Source: a virus. Taken from it: a stretch of DNA of 64,000 bases. Under the pieces are notes generated by a model. It had not been told where the DNA came from. It saw only the letters and a program-made list of their open reading frames with translations, and ran no database searches. This document shows, one piece after another, positions 36,903 to 45,695 of this stretch (the stretch's first letter is position 1; each line of letters starts with the position of its first letter). Made by a program: the position numbers and the translations under genes. Location: IMG/VR virus record IMGVR_UViG_3300028327_000814. One strand, given 5' to 3'.

Positions 36903-38348
36903 ATGACAATTTATGAAGTATTAGCCAAATTCGGGCAGAGGACGGACAGGCTTAATAAAACGCCTTTTACTTTTGACTTTGACGCAATAGCCGAAGCGAG
37001 AAACGAATACAACAAGTTTGTGGAGGAATGGCAAAATTACTATAACGGCACGGTAACTGACATTCATTCCTACAAAAGATTTAACGGCATAAGAACCCAT
37101 GACGTTAAAAGACGCTCCATGAGATTAGCAAAACAGATAACCAAAAAATGGGCGGCCACCCTTTTTAGCGAGGCTTTTCAAGTTACGCTGAAAGATGATG
37201 ACGAAACGGAGAAATTCAACAAACTTGCTAAGGCGGTGGGGTTCAGGGCGAAACTTAACAACGCCGCCATATCGGGTTACGCTCTGGGGACTTCGGTACT
37301 TTTGGCGAGCGCGGACATAATCAAAACGGGCGAAAAGACAAGCGGGGGGAAAGTAAAGTTAGACCTTATCCGTTATCCCAACATCTACCCCATATCCTAC
37401 ACCCAGGACGAGGTTTTAACCGTGGCTTTTGTAAGGACTGAAAAATCAAAAGACGCTGAAAAGTTTTATATAAGCATACACACCGTGGGAGACAAAACGA
37501 CGATTGAGAACACGATAGCGACCGTTAAAAATAACGAGGTTACATGGGAAGACTTGCCGCTGGTGGAAATGCTGACTTCCCCTTTCGCTTGGATTAAGCC
37601 CAACACGTTAAACGACTACTCCGAAACCCTGCCTTTCGGCCAATCAATTTTCGCCGACGCTCTAGCCCCCATTGTTGACGTTGATCTTGCCGCCGCAGGA
37701 TTAAGGCGGGACTTGAAAGAGGGCGATCAGGTTACGTTCATTGGGCGGGATTTGTTACTGGAAAAAATGAAGGGGGACGACGGGGAGACGGAGAGAATAT
37801 TCGACAATTCCGAAGGCCAGTTTTTCGCCATTCCCCAAGACAACCTAAACAACGGCGAAAAGAAAAAACAGCTTTTTGAACAGCACACTCCCGAAATAAG
37901 AACCCAGCAATTCACGCAGGCGATTAAAGACTCGTTAAATTGGGCTTCCGTCAATTCAGGGCTGGGCAAAGACTCCCTAGACATACAGCCGATGGCGACC
38001 GCGACACAGGTGGTTCATTCGTCGGCAGAAAAAATGCAAAACAAGTCATTGCACGAAGCCTATCTTGAGGGCGAGATTATAAAACTGGTCAAGGCGTTAT
38101 GTGAACTTTCTACGACGGTGTTAAACCCGATAGACGCGAGCGAAGTAAGCATTGTTTGGGAAGATTCCGTGATAGTTGACACCGCCGAGCAGAAAAAACT
38201 GGCGATGATGGAAGTGGACAACGGCTTAATATCAAAAGAGGAATACCGCATGAAGTTTTACGGGGAAACGCCGGAACAGGCGCAAGAGAAGATAGCGGGG
38301 ATTGGTGAAACATCGGACGGTTTTAATTTTGAGGGCGAGAATGAATAA
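36903..38348 (+). CDS. Portal protein (A118/SPP1-like)
   Basis: 481 aa; WIKPN, GQSIFAD, TATQV, WEDSVIVD, RMKFYGET. Confidence 0.88.
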   Translation: MTIYEVLAKFGQRTDRLNKTPFTFDFDAIAEARNEYNKFVEEWQNYYNGTVTDIHSYKRFNGIRTHDVKRRSMRLAKQITKKWAATLFSEAFQVTLKDDDETEKFNKLAKAVGFRAKLNNAAISGYALGTSVLLASADIIKTGEKTSGGKVKLDLIRYPNIYPISYTQDEVLTVAFVRTEKSKDAEKFYISIHTVGDKTTIENTIATVKNNEVTWEDLPLVEMLTSPFAWIKPNTLNDYSETLPFGQSIFADALAPIVDVDLAAAGLRRDLKEGDQVTFIGRDLLLEKMKGDDGETERIFDNSEGQFFAIPQDNLNNGEKKKQLFEQHTPEIRTQQFTQAIKDSLNWASVNSGLGKDSLDIQPMATATQVVHSSAEKMQNKSLHEAYLEGEIIKLVKALCELSTTVLNPIDASEVSIVWEDSVIVDTAEQKKLAMMEVDNGLISKEEYRMKFYGETPEQAQEKIAGIGETSDGFNFEGENE

Positions 38349-38361
38349 ATATGGGGAGAAA

Positions 38362-38577
38362 ATGAAACACGTTTATCACGTTTGCTGTCAATTTATTAAA
38401 TCAGAAAAATCTGCCTATTTGGATACAGTTTTCACATCGGAAAAAAGAATTGATTGTAATAACTATGACAGTGTAAAGCAACAAATATGGGATAAATCGC
38501 CGGATAACATCCATGAAAACTTTGAAAAAATCAACATGAGCATAATATCATTGTCGTATTTACACGCAGAGGCATAA
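38362..38577 (+). CDS. Hypothetical protein
   Basis: GGGGAG upstream of ATG 38362. Confidence 0.5.
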   Translation: MKHVYHVCCQFIKSEKSAYLDTVFTSEKRIDCNNYDSVKQQIWDKSPDNIHENFEKINMSIISLSYLHAEA

Positions 38578-38578
38578 A

Positions 38579-40657
38579 ATGCCCCCACAAACTAACATTG
38601 AACAATCAAGCGACGCAATCCAAAACCGCCTGACCTCCGTAGAGCTTTACGCTATGACTATAGCGGGTCAAAGGTTAGCCAAGATTTACGGCAAGGAAGA
38701 TTTAACCACTTATCTCTACTCCGCCGAAGCGTTATCCGACAGCCAAACCGATTTGCGGAAAATCGAGAAAGCCCTTAATAAAGCCCACCGTGAAAATCTA
38801 GCCGAGATGAATTCCCTTTTCAAAACCGTTACCGCCGAAGTCTATACTTCAGGTCAGGAAATGGCGGAGCATAAAAACACCCGATTATCACCATTGACCA
38901 GTTACCGCCAAGAGGCAAGCCCGCTGTTGAGGCAGGCGGTCAGGGATTACGAGGTAATGTCTAGATCAACGACATTAAACAGCGACTATAAAAAAACTAT
39001 TAGGCAATACGTCAACAGGCTTGTAATTGGCGATGAAGACAACGCGCCTACCGCTTTAAGAAAAGCCGTGAAAGAATTGACGGCGCAGGGCATATCGACC
39101 ATTGACTATGAATCTGGGCGCAGTGTTCGCATGGATACGGCTGTTAGAAACAGTTTGATGACCGAGTATACAAATATAGTCCAGCAGGTACAAAACAAGG
39201 TAGGGCAAGAGATCGGGGCGGACGCTGTTGAAATATCAGGACACCAGCATAGCGCAGAGGATCACGAACCGATACAAGGCAGGATTTTTACGCTGGAAGA
39301 ATTTGAGAAACTTCAAAACGGAGAGGAAGCGAGGGACGTTGACTTTGAAAAATACGAGGCGGGGGAAGCGGATTATTTAGGCGAGACTTTCCAGACCGAC
39401 CGACCGATAGGTATGTGGAATTGCCGCCATATTTGGTTCCCGTTTATTTTAGGCGTTTCAATACCGTCTTTCTCAAAAGACGAACTGGAAGCTATGCAAG
39501 ACCGCAATGAGGACGGCATAGACTTTAAGGGCGAGCATTACACGCTGTATGAAGGCGAACAAGCCCAAAGAAAACTGGAAGCGCAAATGCGAGCCGAGCG
39601 GGAAAACCTTAATTTATATAAAGAGGTCAGGGAAACAAGCCCGCAGGCGGAGCATGACTACCAAAAAAGTAAGGCAAGATTAGCCGAGTTAAGGAATGAG
39701 TACAAAGAATTAGGGGCGGCGTTAGAACCAAAAGCGATAAGAATGAAGTGGGACAGGGCAAGCGTGCCGAAGGGGTCTACAGGCGGGGCGGTTTTACCTA
39801 ACGCGCCCAATTCCCCCAACTCGCCAGAAATCAGAGACGGCTGGTCTCCTAATTTTCAAGAGAAAATTGACAGAATCAGAAATTATAACAGTCCGCATAA
39901 TGTAGACACCGACCTATTAGACGCAATAGCAAGACAAGAGGGATATAAGAGCGGGCAGGAATTTACCGCTTCGGTTAATGGTTATATTAAAGAAAATCAA
40001 GTTATGATGAGATTTGATAATAATTTGTTGGATAATTTAAAATATTGGGCAGACGATCCAGTAATAAAAAATAAATTTGAGACGGTCTTTCCGCAAGCCA
40101 AGATGGATAATATAGACGACAGATATATAAATTTAAATACTTCGTCATGGAATAGGGACTATCTAAAAGCAAGATTAACATGGGAAAACAAAATAGCCGG
40201 AGAGGATATAAATTTTCCTACAAGGGAACGCCCTGTTTACGGGTTTGTGGGAAACAGATTGGATATTCAAAATAACACGGCGCGTGAATACGGCGAATCT
40301 TTTTTGGTATTCAAGGAAACGGTAAAAGCGCGTTCAACATTTATGCTTGATAACAGCAGTAATCCGATAGGCGCGTTTACAAATGATGTTTCTGCAATGT
40401 TTAATAAAGGGCGTTCTATCAGCAACGCCGCCGCCGAAGTGGGCATATACAATTCACGCCTTATATTAAACCATAGCGGGGAAAAATACATGGAAGCGCA
40501 AATTTGGGGAAGCGCCGATATTAGGAAAGACGTGGAAAAAATAGTTTTAGGCAAAAAAGACCTTGACTTTGTAAGGAAAAATGAAGTATTATTAAATAAA
40601 TTGAAGTCCAAAATCGGAAATGTGCCTATAGAGGATATGGCGGGCAACAGATTATGA
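38579..40657 (+). CDS. Minor capsid (MuF-family) protein with C-terminal DUF3626-like extension
   Basis: EISGHQHSAEDHEPIQG, WNCRHIWFP; extension ERPVYGF..YGESFLVFKETVKARSTF..EAQIWG. Confidence 0.8.
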   Translation: MPPQTNIEQSSDAIQNRLTSVELYAMTIAGQRLAKIYGKEDLTTYLYSAEALSDSQTDLRKIEKALNKAHRENLAEMNSLFKTVTAEVYTSGQEMAEHKNTRLSPLTSYRQEASPLLRQAVRDYEVMSRSTTLNSDYKKTIRQYVNRLVIGDEDNAPTALRKAVKELTAQGISTIDYESGRSVRMDTAVRNSLMTEYTNIVQQVQNKVGQEIGADAVEISGHQHSAEDHEPIQGRIFTLEEFEKLQNGEEARDVDFEKYEAGEADYLGETFQTDRPIGMWNCRHIWFPFILGVSIPSFSKDELEAMQDRNEDGIDFKGEHYTLYEGEQAQRKLEAQMRAERENLNLYKEVRETSPQAEHDYQKSKARLAELRNEYKELGAALEPKAIRMKWDRASVPKGSTGGAVLPNAPNSPNSPEIRDGWSPNFQEKIDRIRNYNSPHNVDTDLLDAIARQEGYKSGQEFTASVNGYIKENQVMMRFDNNLLDNLKYWADDPVIKNKFETVFPQAKMDNIDDRYINLNTSSWNRDYLKARLTWENKIAGEDINFPTRERPVYGFVGNRLDIQNNTAREYGESFLVFKETVKARSTFMLDNSSNPIGAFTNDVSAMFNKGRSISNAAAEVGIYNSRLILNHSGEKYMEAQIWGSADIRKDVEKIVLGKKDLDFVRKNEVLLNKLKSKIGNVPIEDMAGNRL

Positions 40658-40854
40658 ACATACTGGCGGAAAACAGCGAATTTAACATCATGGAAGACGA
40701 TGATAATTGGATTATCGTCTGGAAAGAAAACGGTAAGGAGTTAAAACGCTATTCCAAAAAAAAAGAGCCGATGTACCCCATTGCGGCAGTGGCAAAATGG
40801 GGCTATACCCCCGTAGACACCGTAAGAATGAATGAATTATTAAAGACCGCTTAA
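40654..40854 (+). CDS. Small protein overlapping the MuF stop (candidate immunity)
   Basis: 66 aa, 4-bp overlap, followed by a terminator. Confidence 0.5.
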   Translation: MNILAENSEFNIMEDDDNWIIVWKENGKELKRYSKKKEPMYPIAAVAKWGYTPVDTVRMNELLKTA

Positions 40855-40874
40855 TCCAAACAAGCCCTTTACAG

Positions 40875-40899
40875 AGCCGTCCTTCGGGGCGGCTTTTTT
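40875..40899 (+). terminator. Intrinsic terminator
   Basis: AGCCGTCC-TTCG-GGGCGGCT-TTTTT. Confidence 0.8.
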
Positions 40900-41187
40900 A
40901 TGCCCTAAATATCGTTTAACCCACACTACTCCCTTAAACTGCCCCTAGCGCGGTTTTAGAGTGCCTTCGGGCAAGGGTATCATCTCCCTATCCTGCTCTA
41001 AAGCCGCGTTTTTTTCTTAAAAGACTTGACAAGTTAAATTATTTTTCCGCTGATATTGTTTAATTTTTTGCATTTGTTACTTTGTATTTGTTGAGCGTGA
41101 ACAACGATTAAAAACACGCATTGTTGAACAGGCAACATATAAAAACCTGAATTGCCCTCTATGGCGTTAAAACTGGAAGGAGTGATT

Positions 41188-41838
41188 ATGGATTTTCTAA
41201 AGGAACTTTTTGAGACTGAGGAGGCGTTTAATAATTTCGTTAAAAAGGTGAAGGAAAAGGGGCTTAATTTAGCCGACCTGTCAAAAGGCGAGTATGTGAG
41301 CAAGGGTAAGCATGAAAGCGAAGCCAAGAAACTACAGGCCGACATGGAGGCGAAAATAAAAGCCCTGACCGACGAATTCGCCAAAAAGGAAGCCGACTAT
41401 AAGGCGCAGGCCGACAAATCGACCGCTACCTTGACCGAAGGCGAAAAGGCGGCGAAGGCGTTGCAGGATCAGCTTGCGAAGTTTGAAAAGGAACAGGAAA
41501 AGGCGAAAAAAGAGATTGAGAAGCTCCAAGCCGACAACGAGGCGGCGAAGAGGGAAAGCGTAACCGCTACTCATAGGGCATTGTATATCGAGGCGGGGGG
41601 AAAGTCAAAGAACGTATTGCGGGACATTGATTTTCTTTCCAAGCAGGTTAACGACGACGTTACTTTTGAAGCCGCCCTTGAATCCTACAAAAAAGAAAAT
41701 CCCGAATTATTCAAAGAAGAAAAGACGGAGGTAATATCCACCTCCCTTGACGTAAAAGGCGGTCAAAAGCCTACCAGTGAGGAACAGGCTGAAATAGACC
41801 GCGTAAGGTCTAACGTAGGATTAGACAAAAAAACCTAA
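41188..41838 (+). CDS. Capsid scaffolding protein
   Basis: Charged coiled coil; GEYVSKGK; precedes the capsid gene. Confidence 0.8.
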   Translation: MDFLKELFETEEAFNNFVKKVKEKGLNLADLSKGEYVSKGKHESEAKKLQADMEAKIKALTDEFAKKEADYKAQADKSTATLTEGEKAAKALQDQLAKFEKEQEKAKKEIEKLQADNEAAKRESVTATHRALYIEAGGKSKNVLRDIDFLSKQVNDDVTFEAALESYKKENPELFKEEKTEVISTSLDVKGGQKPTSEEQAEIDRVRSNVGLDKKT

Positions 41839-41850
41839 TAGGAGTTATTT

Positions 41851-42738
41851 ATGCCAAATACAATTATTCCGGCGAAAGAATATCAGAGGATAATCCTTGA
41901 TATTTACGAAATCGACAGTCTGACCAAACAGCTTGACAGCCAAACGAGGCAGTTGCCTGTCGGACAGGGAAACCCCAACGAGATTTTGATTAAAAAAGTC
42001 AAAACGTCGAGTTTGGGCGACTATGTGAGGGACGGCGGCTTTAAGTCCGGCACCGTCAATATCGGGTGGGAAACCATCAAACTTGAACAGGACAGGGGCG
42101 TTAAATTCCTGCTCGACCGCGTGGACAGCATTGAAACGCTTAACACCACAATCGGCGACGTGGTTGCGGACTTTACAAGGCGGCACATGACCCCCGAAAT
42201 TGACGCTTTCCGCTTCGCGAGGTACGCCGCGAACGCGGGAACTAAAAAGACAGTCATTCCCACGGTGGACAATATTCTTCCTGAGATTGATCTGGCGACC
42301 GCCACCCTGAGCAACAAAAAAGTCCCCGTAGCGGGCAGGGTGTTGTTTGTAAACCAGCTTTTACAGCCGATACTCAACGCCGCCTTAAAGAGAATGTGGG
42401 GCAACGACGCGATGATCAACACCAACACGGTAAGATACAACGGCATGGACATCGTATACGTCCCGTCCGACCGTTTCTACAACGGCATTGTGTTGCAGGG
42501 CGATTCGGGAGACGCGGGATTCATTCCCGATGTTGGCGCGAAGAAAGTGAACTTCATCATGGGCGACCCCAAAGCCATTTGGCAAGCCGTGAAAGTCAAC
42601 GTGCCGAAATTCCTGTCGGCGGACGACCCCGCCAACGAGATTGACAGCCACAGGTTCAACCTCCGCATTTTCCATGATGCGGGAGTTATTGACTATAACA
42701 AAGACGGCATTTACGCCAACGAAGGTGAGGCGGCTTAA
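41851..42738 (+). CDS. Major capsid protein
   Basis: LGDYVRDGG, LEQDRG, VDSIET, PEIDAFRFA, FHDAGV. Confidence 0.88.
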   Translation: MPNTIIPAKEYQRIILDIYEIDSLTKQLDSQTRQLPVGQGNPNEILIKKVKTSSLGDYVRDGGFKSGTVNIGWETIKLEQDRGVKFLLDRVDSIETLNTTIGDVVADFTRRHMTPEIDAFRFARYAANAGTKKTVIPTVDNILPEIDLATATLSNKKVPVAGRVLFVNQLLQPILNAALKRMWGNDAMINTNTVRYNGMDIVYVPSDRFYNGIVLQGDSGDAGFIPDVGAKKVNFIMGDPKAIWQAVKVNVPKFLSADDPANEIDSHRFNLRIFHDAGVIDYNKDGIYANEGEAA

Positions 42739-42905
42739 TGGAACAGGCGAAAGAACAGGCAAAGCCTGAAACCAAACCCGAAAAACCCGAAGTAAAATCG
42801 GAAAAGCCCGCAAAGGGCGAAGGCGTGAAAGTTACCAAAGGCGGGATCAGCAAGTATGTTGATCCCTCCCAAGTGGCGGCTTACAAAGCCAACGGCTGGA
42901 AATAG
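42738..42905 (+). CDS. Small Lys/Glu/Pro-rich protein (55 aa)
   Basis: TAATG coupling to the capsid stop; ends AYKANGWK. Confidence 0.55.
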   Translation: MEQAKEQAKPETKPEKPEVKSEKPAKGEGVKVTKGGISKYVDPSQVAAYKANGWK

Positions 42906-42909
42906 AGAT

Positions 42910-42932
42910 AGGGGGCGCAAGCCCCCTGTTTT
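42910..42932 (+). terminator. Intrinsic terminator
   Basis: AGGGGGC-GCAA-GCCCCCT-GTTTT. Confidence 0.6.
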
Positions 42933-42937
42933 AAGGA

Positions 42938-43285
42938 TTGAGTATGTACCTTCAATTCACCGAATACCAATCGCTGGGCGGCGATTTAGAACAGCCGGAA
43001 TTTAACCGCCAAGAATTCGCCGCCAGAAAAGAAATTGACTTTTACACGTTTAACAGGTTACGGGAGATTGATCCCATACCGGAGAATTTGAAAATGTGCG
43101 TATTGGAATTGATACAGCGCGGCTTTTGCGGTTCCCTTGACGGCCAGGACTTCATATCGCAGGGCAGCGGAAAATTATCAGGGACTAAAGAATCAATAAA
43201 AGGCAGGGCGGCGGAATTGATCCGCAAGTACCTTGACGGGATGACGGTTAACGGGGTTCCCGTATTTTACGCGGGGAACGCATGA
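42938..43285 (+). CDS. Head-tail connector (A118 gp8-like)
   Basis: YLQFTEY, IDFYTFNR, KMCVLELI. Confidence 0.7.
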   Translation: MSMYLQFTEYQSLGGDLEQPEFNRQEFAARKEIDFYTFNRLREIDPIPENLKMCVLELIQRGFCGSLDGQDFISQGSGKLSGTKESIKGRAAELIRKYLDGMTVNGVPVFYAGNA

Positions 43286-43605
43286 AACCGGAAACCCTTA
43301 ATATTCTGGGCATACCCTACAAAATAAGGTATGTCGATAAACTTACAGACGTAACCAAAAATGACAGGACTACCGGAGTAATCGGGGAGATTGATTATGT
43401 AGACAAAATAATCAGTATCTATGACAACGGCAGATCAATAAACGATATATGGGAAACCATCATACATGAAGTCATACACGGGATAGCCGAATCATTGTAC
43501 ATAAAGCCGTTAATTGGGGAAGAAAACGAAACCGCCGTAGATTTATTGGGGTTGGCGTTAAGCGATTTTCTTTTCAGAAATGATTTATTTAAGGCTGGGA
43601 ATTAA
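43282..43605 (+). CDS. HExxH-containing small protein
   Basis: GEIDYVDKII..ETIIHEVIHGI. Confidence 0.65.
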   Translation: MKPETLNILGIPYKIRYVDKLTDVTKNDRTTGVIGEIDYVDKIISIYDNGRSINDIWETIIHEVIHGIAESLYIKPLIGEENETAVDLLGLALSDFLFRNDLFKAGN

Positions 43606-43607
43606 AA

Positions 43608-44048
43608 ATGACTTTGGCAAAACACGTCTTGACCGTTTATAACAAATACGCGAAGTTGCCCGACAATTGGCAGGGCGGCGTTCCCCCGTCCAATATAGAG
43701 GCGTGGAACAGAACCGTTATAAAATTCGGACAATGGGAAGATTCAACGGATAAAAACGCGGACACCGGAGGAAAGAATTTTATTGACAAGCATATATCAA
43801 TTATTATCCCAAAAACAGCTAACGCGGGCGGCAAGAAATACGTCAAGCCTCTTGAATGGGCATCCCCTTTTAATACGGCATGGACTTTAAACGTGGGCGC
43901 GATAATAGCTTTTGGGGAGGCTCCGGAAATTACAGGCGCGTACACGATGGCGGCCATGAAAGCTAACTTTAAGAATTGTGAAATTCGGGCAATAGAGGAT
44001 TTAACGGATCAGCCGATTATGCCGCATTTTGAAATTTTGGGGGTATAA
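43608..44048 (+). CDS. Head closure protein (A118 gp9-like)
   Basis: LTVYNK, WTLNVGAIIAFG, HFEILGV. Confidence 0.65.
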   Translation: MTLAKHVLTVYNKYAKLPDNWQGGVPPSNIEAWNRTVIKFGQWEDSTDKNADTGGKNFIDKHISIIIPKTANAGGKKYVKPLEWASPFNTAWTLNVGAIIAFGEAPEITGAYTMAAMKANFKNCEIRAIEDLTDQPIMPHFEILGV

Positions 44049-44049
44049 A

Positions 44050-44268
44050 ATGAGCGACACATTATCCCAAGATGAAATAAACGAATTGCTAACCGAAACC
44101 GAAGCGGAAGCGTTTGACAGAAAAAGGCGGTGGGTACTGGAAAACATCGAATATATAAAAACTTTTAGTTACGACAAATACGAAGACCAATTACATCTTG
44201 ACACCCTAACTAATTTAATAAAACTTATGAAAAATTATCATGGAGCGCAAAAATGTCCGTTTATGTAA
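44050..44268 (+). CDS. Small protein with FliM-like N-terminal motif
   Basis: MSDTLSQDEINELL. Confidence 0.55.
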   Translation: MSDTLSQDEINELLTETEAEAFDRKRRWVLENIEYIKTFSYDKYEDQLHLDTLTNLIKLMKNYHGAQKCPFM

Positions 44269-44705
44269 GCATAGTAACATGGCTTAATTCCATACTGCTG
44301 GAATTAAAAGACGAATTCCCCCACCCGTTCACGATTATCGACCTAGAAAAAATCCCCCTGCCCTCCGACTACCCCCAGATAGACTTCCAAGCCGCAGGGT
44401 TATTTTCAAGCCCCAACGACTTGACGACAGAGCTAATGGGCGGACAGGTAAAACATACTGATTTTAAAAGTTTTTATTTGCGCAGACCATTCAAGGAATT
44501 TTCCTCTAGGCTGGAAAATGAAAACTTTTTTGAAAAGCTGGCGAAAAAAATCCATGAGCGGAATTTAGACAGTAATTTTCCGCATGACGGCAGATGGTGG
44601 AGCGCGATAAAAATCAACGCAGGAACATATCCGGCGCAGAGAGACGAAGCCTCATTATTTGCCGACTATTTAATTCCGTTAAAGTTAATTTATCTTGACG
44701 GTTAA
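44253..44705 (+). CDS. Tail terminator (A118 gp11-like)
   Basis: Size and position; ends YLIPLKLIY. Confidence 0.6.
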   Translation: MSVYVSIVTWLNSILLELKDEFPHPFTIIDLEKIPLPSDYPQIDFQAAGLFSSPNDLTTELMGGQVKHTDFKSFYLRRPFKEFSSRLENENFFEKLAKKIHERNLDSNFPHDGRWWSAIKINAGTYPAQRDEASLFADYLIPLKLIYLDG

Positions 44706-44806
44706 TATAGCAGAAAACCGCCTTTTTACCTCAAAACTACTATACAACCATTAAGTAAAACCTCAAAAAATCTGTAAAAAAAATGAAAATATTTTCTCCA
44801 AAACGC

Positions 44807-44888
44807 TTGACAAACCTATCATGTTGGGTTATTATTATAATATAAGGATTAAATAAAATCCTTAAATAAAACGACCTGCTGGCAGGTA
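44807..44888 (+). promoter_or_regulatory. Moron promoter with two dyads
   Basis: TTGACA-18-TATTAT; TAAGGATT-N6-AATCCTTA (44844-44865); ACCTGC-TG-GCAGGT (44875-44888). Confidence 0.55.
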
Positions 44889-44906
44889 AGTATACCAGAC
44901 AAGAAA

Positions 44907-45224
44907 ATGGAAAAGATTATCGAGGCAAAATCAGAAAAACAAAAAGCCTATGCCGTTGACATGATCAACAGCATGGAAGCGCGTTACAACAGCCGTATCA
45001 ATGAGGCGAAAAAGAGAATAGAGGAAGGCAGTTATGAGAAAGGAAACGGCTGGTATTCAAAAAGATTTTTTGTAGAACTGGCGACCTTTTACATTACGGA
45101 TGCGGCGGTAAGGCGGCAACAACTTGACAGACTGGATGACGCAGGCGAGATCATTAATTTTGTCAAAAACATAAATTTTGACGCGCTGGACGCTGAGGCG
45201 CGGACAAAATGCGGAAAAGAATAA
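44907..45224 (+). CDS. Hypothetical protein
   Basis: First ORF after the promoter; SEKQKAYA motif. Confidence 0.55.
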   Translation: MEKIIEAKSEKQKAYAVDMINSMEARYNSRINEAKKRIEEGSYEKGNGWYSKRFFVELATFYITDAAVRRQQLDRLDDAGEIINFVKNINFDALDAEARTKCGKE

Positions 45225-45235
45225 GGAGCGAAAAC

Positions 45236-45679
45236 ATGAAAAAATTCAACATGAAAATCTGTCCGTGGAAAGACGGACAAGGTTGGCAGGAACATTGTAT
45301 CGCGGACAGGCAAGCGGACACAATCGCCGACTTATTCGTACAGCTTAACCGCCTACAATTAGACATGGACTGCGGCGACGGCAACGATTACAGCGTGGAT
45401 ATTTACAACAGCAAAATTAAAATCGTTGAATTTTGGCTGTCTGAATATTTACAGAACGGCGTTGAAATTGACGGCGTTAAGTACGGCATAGAAACAAAGA
45501 CAGAAAAAGAGAAATTTTTTGACTGGCTTGATGGACTGGTAAAAGAAGAATGTAAAACCGACAAATTCCGTGAAGCGTCATGGAGCGAAGCGCAAGAAAA
45601 AGACGCTTGCGGCATGAGCTTTGAATTAAGCGCGCGGCACACCTTATCAGGCAGACCGTACTCATACCGACTGTCATAA
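45236..45679 (+). CDS. Hypothetical protein
   Basis: AAGGAG before ATG 45236. Confidence 0.55.
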   Translation: MKKFNMKICPWKDGQGWQEHCIADRQADTIADLFVQLNRLQLDMDCGDGNDYSVDIYNSKIKIVEFWLSEYLQNGVEIDGVKYGIETKTEKEKFFDWLDGLVKEECKTDKFREASWSEAQEKDACGMSFELSARHTLSGRPYSYRLS

Positions 45680-45695
45680 TAGGAGCGGCTTTATA

